This document shows positions 58,063 through 64,000 of a stretch of 64,000 nucleotides of DNA, in pieces (the stretch's first letter is position 1; each line of letters starts with the position of its first letter). Under the pieces are notes generated by a model, which saw nothing but the letters and a program-made list of their open reading frames with translations, was not told the DNA's origin and made no database searches. This stretch comes from Akkermansiaceae bacterium. GTDB taxonomy: Bacteria > Verrucomicrobiota > Verrucomicrobiia > Verrucomicrobiales > Akkermansiaceae. The position numbers and the translations under genes are program-made. The stretch spans positions 160,001 through 224,000 of the forward strand of contig JBPOGF010000001.1 of NCBI GenBank assembly GCA_051251915.1, read 5' to 3'.

Positions 58063-58395
58063 ATGGAATACGCACACCCTGAAGTCAGGAAAAATTGGAA
58101 GGAAATGTCATCTGCCGCAGCTCCTAGCGTACTAGGTGTAGCAGCTGGGATATTGTTAGGTGACATGATGCATCGTGGGGCTAGAAGACCAGTCGCATTT
58201 TCACTCGCATGTCTTGGAATGCTAGCTGTGACACCTACTGTTGTGGGTGCAGTGAAGAATAAGGTAGCAGGTCCACAGACTGTTCGCGGTAGCCGCAGAA
58301 CTTTAGATAGTATCAGAAATGCTGGTATGCTTGATGAAAAAACTGCCACTAGTTATCTCGGTGAAGATATGGAAGAAGGCATGTACATTGGTTAA
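58063..58395 (+). CDS. Hypothetical membrane protein
   Basis: Two hydrophobic segments; followed by a terminator. Confidence 0.75.
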   Translation: MEYAHPEVRKNWKEMSSAAAPSVLGVAAGILLGDMMHRGARRPVAFSLACLGMLAVTPTVVGAVKNKVAGPQTVRGSRRTLDSIRNAGMLDEKTATSYLGEDMEEGMYIG

Positions 58396-58426
58396 TTTGA
58401 TCTAACAGGATTCGATCCAATCATTC

Positions 58427-58458
58427 AGCCGTTATGTCTACACATGGCGGCTTTTTTT
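58427..58458 (+). terminator. Intrinsic terminator
   Basis: AGCCGTTATGT-loop-ACATGGCGGCT plus a T-run. Confidence 0.7.
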
Positions 58459-59349
58459 ATGAAAAAAATAGTTATCACTGGTGCGAAGGGATTATTGGGT
58501 GAGGCGTGTTGCCGGTTGCTGGCTGAAGATTATGAGGTGATTTCTCTGACGAGAGCGGAGGTGGACCTTGCGGACAGAGGGAAGTTATCTGAGTTGTTAG
58601 ATCGTATTGATTTTGATTTCTTGATCAACACTGCGGCGATGTCTGGGCTGGAGCAGTGCTTGGGGCAGCCAGAACTGGCGCAGAAGGTGAATACTGAAGC
58701 ACCACGGGTGATGGCTGAGATCTGTCAGCAAAAAGGAGCTAAGATGATGCAGGTGAGTACGGACTATGTGTTAGATGGGAGGGAGGATGTGTTTCATGTG
58801 GAAACATCTGGCACGAGAGGAAGTGGGGTTTATTCTAAGACTAAGTTAGCGGCGGAGCAGGTGGTGGCGGCTGCTTGTGAGAATAGTGTGATTGTTAGAG
58901 TTAGTTGGCTGTTTGGTCATGGGCGAGAAACGTTTGTGGATCAGGTATTGAATACGGCACTTGCTGGTGAGTGTGGATGTTATATTGGTGATAAGTTTTC
59001 TGTGCCAAACTTTAGTGATTTTTTAGTTCCGGTTATGTGCGATCTGTTAGAGTCTGATCTTAGTGGAGTAGTGCATTTGACTAGTGATAGTAGGGCTGAA
59101 AGTTGGTTTAGCTATGCTGAAAAAATCATACGAATTGCAATAAATTTAGGCATCTTGAATGATAATTCGAACGGGCTGGAACAAAATAGTTTAGGAGATA
59201 ATCCATATTTCAAGGAAGAGCGCCCAAGATACACGGTGATGCGACCTAAGCGTTTATCAGAGGAGTTAAATGTAGAGGTAAGGAATTGGGAAGACGGGTT
59301 AAGAGTCTATTTACAGCAAAAATCCGAAAATTCTTTGACCAATAAGTGA
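58459..59349 (+). CDS. rfbD: dTDP-4-dehydrorhamnose reductase family SDR
   Basis: ITGAKGLLG, NTAA, STDYV.DG, YSKTK, RVSWLFG, RPRY. Confidence 0.85.
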   Translation: MKKIVITGAKGLLGEACCRLLAEDYEVISLTRAEVDLADRGKLSELLDRIDFDFLINTAAMSGLEQCLGQPELAQKVNTEAPRVMAEICQQKGAKMMQVSTDYVLDGREDVFHVETSGTRGSGVYSKTKLAAEQVVAAACENSVIVRVSWLFGHGRETFVDQVLNTALAGECGCYIGDKFSVPNFSDFLVPVMCDLLESDLSGVVHLTSDSRAESWFSYAEKIIRIAINLGILNDNSNGLEQNSLGDNPYFKEERPRYTVMRPKRLSEELNVEVRNWEDGLRVYLQQKSENSLTNK

Positions 59350-59370
59350 TTCTATAGCATAAGTGTGTTG

Positions 59371-60108
59371 ATGAAAATTTTAAGAAATCTTCCTACATTT
59401 GCGCTTCCTCTGGTTGGAGCGTCATCCGTCCTGCTTACTAGTTGCGGGGCATTGGATAAGCTCAATCAGCCTTTAAGTGATACAGGATACAATCCTCTGG
59501 ATAAGCCTGGTATGAGATCAAGCAGTTCTTCATCTGCGATGGGTGCTGGTGGTTCTCAGTCTTTGGTTAATTCAAACGATCATGGGTTCAATAATGGTGA
59601 CATTGTTGAGGTGGTGATACCTAATACGGCGTTATTTGCTAAAGTTCCTAAAGCTGGTGACCGTTATAAAAAAGTCCTCAATGTGGGTGACTCTCTTCGT
59701 GTTATTGGTGGTGAAAAAGACTTTATTCAAGTTGTGACAGAAAGTGGTGACACTGGTTATGTTTCTAGTGTGATGGTGGTGACTCAAGGGTTCTTGACGA
59801 ATAGTGGTCCTATCGATCCTAACGTGACTGCGGTGGGAGCTAATGAGACACCGATCGTCCCGGACGTGGCTCCTGATCCAGTGGTTCAGGGAATAGGTTC
59901 ACCAGACGCAGCACCTGGAATAGCACCAGCACCAGTGCCTAGTATTACAGCTCCGGTTCCTGTGGATCCTGATCCAGGTCTTATCGTTCCTGATGTGCCT
60001 GATGCACCATTGGTTCCTGCTCCTATTGTGCCAGATCCGACACCAGTAGTGCCTAGTCTTCCTGACGCGCCTGCTCCAGAGCCTTCTAGTCCTGGGATTT
60101 CAGAGTAG
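59371..60108 (+). CDS. Lipoprotein with SH3-like domain and Pro-rich tail
   Basis: Lipobox LLTSC; LNVGDSLRVI...V.TESGDTGYV; P/V/D-rich C-terminus. Confidence 0.8.
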   Translation: MKILRNLPTFALPLVGASSVLLTSCGALDKLNQPLSDTGYNPLDKPGMRSSSSSSAMGAGGSQSLVNSNDHGFNNGDIVEVVIPNTALFAKVPKAGDRYKKVLNVGDSLRVIGGEKDFIQVVTESGDTGYVSSVMVVTQGFLTNSGPIDPNVTAVGANETPIVPDVAPDPVVQGIGSPDAAPGIAPAPVPSITAPVPVDPDPGLIVPDVPDAPLVPAPIVPDPTPVVPSLPDAPAPEPSSPGISE

Positions 60109-60141
60109 TTTTTTACTCTCTGATACTTCAACGTTTTATAG

Positions 60142-60184
60142 AGCTTTAACATGTCATCAGTTGTGATGTGTTAAGGCTTTTTTT
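60142..60184. terminator. Terminator between convergent genes
   Basis: AGCTTTAACATGTCA...TGATGTGTTAAGGCT plus a T-run. Confidence 0.7.
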
Positions 60185-60200
60185 GTGTCCGAAGTGTGGT

Positions 60201-60893
60201 CTAAAACTCGTTGCCTGACTCGCGGTATGAGTAGTAGGGGTCTTTGCCGTCGATGGACTGGCCGATGATGATGTGGTCTACAAACCTTACTTGCATGAGG
60301 TCTGCGGCTTGGATGATGCGGCGGGTCATTTCGTCGTCTGCGCGGCTGGGGCTGGGGTCGCCTGAGGGGTGATTGTGGACGAGGACGAAGCCGTAGGCTT
60401 GGCTGTTGATGACTGGGCGGAGGACGTCTCGTGGGTGGCAGGTGGTTTGGTTTACGGTGCCTTGGGAGATGGTGACGGTGCGGATGTGGCAGAGTCTGGT
60501 GTCTGCGAGCATGACGTGGAGGCTCTCGGTGGTTTGGGTCCTGAGCTGTGGGACCATGGCGTTGTAGATGTTTTGGGGGGAGTTGATGGGGGAGGAAATG
60601 ACTGATTCACGGGCGATGCGTGAGGCTATTTCGAAGGAGGCGCAGAGTTGGGCGGCTTTGGCTAGACCTAGGCCGTATTCTTTGGCTAGATCAGAGAGTT
60701 CTAGGCGGCTTAGCTGGCTGAGGTTGCCGTAGGTGTCTAGTAGGCGTTTGCCAATTTCGATGGCGCTTTGTCCTTTGACTCCGACGCGGAGGAAGATGGC
60801 GAGGAGTTCGGCATCGCTTAATGAGCCCGCCCCAAGTTTAGCTAGCTTTTCTCTAGGCCGCTCATCTTGGGGGAGGTCATTGATGTTGCTCAT
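60201..60893 (-). CDS. radC: RadC-family JAB domain protein
   Basis: ERPREKL, LSDAELLAI, HPRDV, HNHPSGDPSPS.AD, DHIII; start 60893 overlaps the ispF stop. Confidence 0.93.
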   Translation of the reverse strand: MSNINDLPQDERPREKLAKLGAGSLSDAELLAIFLRVGVKGQSAIEIGKRLLDTYGNLSQLSRLELSDLAKEYGLGLAKAAQLCASFEIASRIARESVISSPINSPQNIYNAMVPQLRTQTTESLHVMLADTRLCHIRTVTISQGTVNQTTCHPRDVLRPVINSQAYGFVLVHNHPSGDPSPSRADDEMTRRIIQAADLMQVRFVDHIIIGQSIDGKDPYYSYRESGNEF

Positions 60894-61369
60894 GTGATGA
60901 CTATGCAGGTGGTCGCCATGGCGGCGATGCCTTCTTTCCTTCCTACAAATCCCATGGTTTCGTTTGTTGTGGCTTTGACGCCTACTTGTCCTGGTGTGAT
61001 GCCGAGAGCTTGTGATATGTTGGCTTTCATCTCTGTGAGGTGGGGCATGATTTTGGGTTGTTCGGCCACTAGTGCAGAGTCTACGTTTTGGATCTCTGCG
61101 TTGTGTTCTTCTGCGAGTTCGCGACATTTCTTGAGGATGTCTAGTGAACAGATGCCTTCGATGCTCATGTCATCTGGTGGGAAGTAATAGCCTATATCTG
61201 GTAGGCCAAGTGCTCCGAGAATGGCGTCTGCGATGGCGTGGCAGAGGACGTCTGCATCTGAGTGACCTAGGAGGCCGAGCTCAGCGGGGATGTCTACGCC
61301 GCCAAGGATGCATTTTCTGTTGGGTGCAAACTGGTGTACATCGTATCCTATTCCTGTCCGTATTTTCAT
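60890..61369 (-). CDS. ispF: 2-C-methyl-D-erythritol 2,4-cyclodiphosphate synthase
   Basis: GIGYDVH, GHSDADVLCHA, DIG..FP, VKATTNE.MGF.GR.EGI. Confidence 0.97.
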   Translation of the reverse strand: MKIRTGIGYDVHQFAPNRKCILGGVDIPAELGLLGHSDADVLCHAIADAILGALGLPDIGYYFPPDDMSIEGICSLDILKKCRELAEEHNAEIQNVDSALVAEQPKIMPHLTEMKANISQALGITPGQVGVKATTNETMGFVGRKEGIAAMATTCIVIT

Positions 61370-61375
61370 GGTGAC

Positions 61376-62179
61376 TTAGCGAGGGACTAGGGGTTGGTGT
61401 TGTGTAGGCTGCATGGGGCGGGTTTTGATGTCAGTGAGTTCTACTTCGTAGATGAGCATTGAATTTGGTGATATTTTAGGTCCTTGGCGGAGTTCGCCGA
61501 AGCCGAGTGCCGCAGGGACGTAGAGTTTCCATTTAGAACCAATGGGCATCATTTTTAGTGCTTCTGCGAGGCCGTGGATTACTTGTAGGTTGAATGGCAT
61601 GGCTTCATCTCCTGGAGTCTCCATGAAGATGGTTCCGTCGAGGAGGGTGCCTTTGCATTTGAGGTGAAACTCTGTGGCATTATCCATTCCATTTACTGAT
61701 CCTGTTGGTGGGGTGTATTTTTTGCCGGTGCCTTTTGTGAGGATTTCATACTGGAGTTCGCTGCCAGTGGTGATGACTTCTTTGCGTTTGCCGTTCTTTT
61801 CGAGGAAGGCTTTTTCAGCGGCTTCATTTGCTTTAGCGAATGCGCGCTCGCGCTCTGAGACGATCATGTCATAGGCTTTCATGGCCTGATCATAGGCGAC
61901 GGGGTCTTTGCCGAAATCTTTTTTTAGTAGCGCTTCCATGAGGCCTTTAACGTATGCTTCTTTGTCAATATCTTCAGCGATGAAGCCGTAGGAGGCAAAT
62001 TGCTCACCGTTTTGGAAGCCTAGTCCGTAGCTCATGTCTTCTTTCACGGCTACTTTGTCAGTGGCTGTGGCGGTGGAGACATCGATAGGTGGTTTGATTT
62101 TATCTTGGGCAAAGAGTGAAGTCGTTGTGCTGAGGCAGGCAGCTACGCTGAGTAGAGTAGTTTTGGATAGAGTATTCAT
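61376..62179 (-). CDS. FkpA/Mip-type FKBP protein with divergent active site
   Basis: Signal peptide; SYGLG, FLEKN, LQYEIL, GTLLDGT.F, M.IGSKWKLYVP, ISPNSML.YEVEL. Confidence 0.88.
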   Translation of the reverse strand: MNTLSKTTLLSVAACLSTTTSLFAQDKIKPPIDVSTATATDKVAVKEDMSYGLGFQNGEQFASYGFIAEDIDKEAYVKGLMEALLKKDFGKDPVAYDQAMKAYDMIVSERERAFAKANEAAEKAFLEKNGKRKEVITTGSELQYEILTKGTGKKYTPPTGSVNGMDNATEFHLKCKGTLLDGTIFMETPGDEAMPFNLQVIHGLAEALKMMPIGSKWKLYVPAALGFGELRQGPKISPNSMLIYEVELTDIKTRPMQPTQHQPLVPR

Positions 62180-62311
62180 GGTGATTCAATCGTTTTCTTA
62201 GAATGATGGATAATGTTTATTGCTGGGAAGTCTAGCTTACTTGATCTTTGTAGATTCAAAATGAACAAAGATGGCCTGAGCTACCAGCAAAAATGGTCGA
62301 GGGTGGTGGAT

Positions 62312-63673
62312 TTACCTATCTAAGTTATAGAGCTTCTTGGGCTGTGGGATGATGACTTCGGTGTTAGGTAGTTTTTCTGCTAGCTGGTCACGGAACCATT
62401 CGCTGGCTTCAATGTCTCCGTGGACGAGGAACATTTTACGCGGGGCTACCTTAAGCATGTAAGTTAGGAGGGCTTGGCGGTCTGCGTGTCCTGAGAAGTC
62501 AAAGATGTCCATACGGCAGTTGAACTGGACAGGGGTGAGTTCTGGGCTGAGCGTGATCATGTCGCCTTGCTTGGATGCGCGGATGGCTCCGGCGGGTGAG
62601 TCTGGGGCTGCGTAACCGACGAAGAGGAGTGAGTTCTTAGGGTTAGACATGAAGCGGTGAGCGAAGCCATTAGAGGTGGTTTTCTCTGTCATCATGCCGC
62701 TGGAGAGGGCGTAGATGGCTCCTGGTTGATAGGCGATGGGTTTGCGTGAGCCTTTTTTGGAGGCGGCGCGAACGTCCATGTCGCGGAAGATCTCGAAGCC
62801 GGGCATTTGGCGTGGGGTGGAGTCTGCGAACTCGTCAAAGAGGATGGTCATTTTGGTGCTGAGACCTCCGATGTAGATGGGGGTTTTCTCAGGGATTCTG
62901 CCGCTTTGTTTGAACTTGTGGAGCATGGTTAGGACTTCTTGGGTCTTGCCCATGGCGAAGACAGGGAGGAGTGCTGAGCCGCCGCCATTGATTGTTTCTA
63001 AGATGGCGTCACAGAGTTTCTGTTCTTCTTTTTCTCGTTCATAGGCTGGGTCACGAGGGACTGAGCCTCGGGTGGTTTCGATGATGAGGGTGTCTATGCC
63101 TTCTTCAGGGAATTTAGCTCCTGTGATGAGGGTTGAGTCTTCGAAGTTGATGTCGCCGGTGTAGAAGACGCGTTGGTCGTCTTTTTCTACCATGATGCCT
63201 GATGAGCCTAGGATGTGGCCGGCATCGAATAGCTGGGCGGAGGTGTCTAGGGTGAGGTCGATGCGCTCGCCGTAGTTACGTTTGCGCCAGCGTTCTTCTA
63301 GACGGTCTAGCTCGCGGTGGCCGTAGAGTGGGTAGTCAGTGATGCCTAGTTCGGTTCGCTTGCTCTGCATGACGTTGACTGAGTTGTGTAGCAGGGCGTC
63401 TGTTAGGCCTGCTGTGGCCTCGGTCATGTAGACTGCTGCGTTTGGTTGGTCGCGCATGAGGACGGGTAGAGTTCCCGCGTGGTCGAGGTGGCTGTGGCTT
63501 AGGAAGATGGCGTCGACGGAGTTGTGCGGGAGTTCTTCGTATTGAGGCATGGCCTGGGTGCTTTCCTCTTTGGGGTGCATCCCTGCATCGAATACTATTT
63601 TGCAATCTCCTGTGTCTAACATGTAGCAGTTAGAGCCTATCTCGGTGTCTCTTAGTAGACTTTGAAAAATCAT
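62312..63673 (-). CDS. MBL-fold beta-CASP ribonuclease
   Basis: SHSHLDH, AGHILGS, YTGD, PVFAMGKTQE, FSGHAD, LVHGD. Confidence 0.92.
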   Translation of the reverse strand: MIFQSLLRDTEIGSNCYMLDTGDCKIVFDAGMHPKEESTQAMPQYEELPHNSVDAIFLSHSHLDHAGTLPVLMRDQPNAAVYMTEATAGLTDALLHNSVNVMQSKRTELGITDYPLYGHRELDRLEERWRKRNYGERIDLTLDTSAQLFDAGHILGSSGIMVEKDDQRVFYTGDINFEDSTLITGAKFPEEGIDTLIIETTRGSVPRDPAYEREKEEQKLCDAILETINGGGSALLPVFAMGKTQEVLTMLHKFKQSGRIPEKTPIYIGGLSTKMTILFDEFADSTPRQMPGFEIFRDMDVRAASKKGSRKPIAYQPGAIYALSSGMMTEKTTSNGFAHRFMSNPKNSLLFVGYAAPDSPAGAIRASKQGDMITLSPELTPVQFNCRMDIFDFSGHADRQALLTYMLKVAPRKMFLVHGDIEASEWFRDQLAEKLPNTEVIIPQPKKLYNLDR

Positions 63674-63733
63674 TATGAGTTAAAGTTTCATGGTCGTTTT
63701 ATAATAGCGAGAATAAAAATAACCGTGATTTGG

Positions 63734-64000
63734 TTAAATAAGGTCGGTTTTGAGTTTTTTCCAGCCGATGATGGCTTCGTAGATCATCCATATTTCTAGT
63801 AGGATGGTGGTGAGTCCCATGGCGACGAGTAGCCATTGGCTTTGGTCGATCCAGCTTTTGTCAGAGCCGATGGCGGAGATGAAGACTTGGTAGAGCATGG
63901 CCCAGGCTGGGATGATGAGCATGAAGATGGTGGGGATGGTGATGAACCAGGTGGGGAGGTTTCTGCGTTTCATCCAGAAGAGGATGACTAGGAATGCGAG
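63734..64000 (-). CDS. C-terminal part of a membrane transporter, probably carbon starvation protein CstA family (partial)
   Basis: LAFLVILFWMKRR..PTWFITIPTIFM...WM..EA resembles CstA C-termini; ORF runs off the window. Confidence 0.55.
   Translation of the reverse strand, partial: LAFLVILFWMKRRNLPTWFITIPTIFMLIIPAWAMLYQVFISAIGSDKSWIDQSQWLLVAMGLTTILLEIWMIYEAIIGWKKLKTDLI

Noticed and set aside
60201..61127. 308-aa radC with a long N-terminal extension; radC as a mobile-element marker
   Set aside because: The extension overlaps ispF; this is the full-length chromosomal type in a housekeeping operon
163..63605. Many antisense or alternate-frame ORFs in the track (e.g. 3983..4489, 11087..11737, 42162..42608)
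   Set aside because: They overlap well-supported genes and are probably by-products of the strong strand skew and codon bias

Overview
A 64-kb bacterial chromosome segment, most likely from a marine Verrucomicrobiota member (Rubritalea/Verrucomicrobiaceae-like). The assignment is inferred from the PEP-CTERM proteins, a PVC-type heme protein, a fused ccoNO, a PilX-like giant protein and a squalene synthase. Housekeeping genes (hom, iscS-like, thiG, pckA, nagZ, hemW, trpB, rsmB, manC, rfbD, radC, ispF) surround a complete cbb3 oxidase operon: ccoS, ccoNO, ccoQ, ccoP, ccoG, a 31-aa mini-ccoH, a DsbD_2/TauE-like gene and ccoI. No tRNA, rRNA or CRISPR was seen. Best candidate for an undescribed system: the pckA-DASS-cbb3 block is bracketed by two PocR-domain genes, a Cys-rich PocR-AraC regulator and a stand-alone PocR that has lost the conserved Cys. 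A shared CAAnATnTnCnG motif lies upstream of pckA, ccoS and both PocR genes, suggesting an FNR-independent microaerobic regulon. Downstream of ccoI is a variable surface-protein hotspot with a displaced, diverged ccoI 3' end, three PEP-CTERM genes (two tandem paralogs with an algal-like domain) and a 417-bp internally deleted ISAs1. A Y1-transposase remnant precedes an AT-rich cassette at 39.4-40.6 kb. All family calls come from reading motifs by eye, not from database searches.
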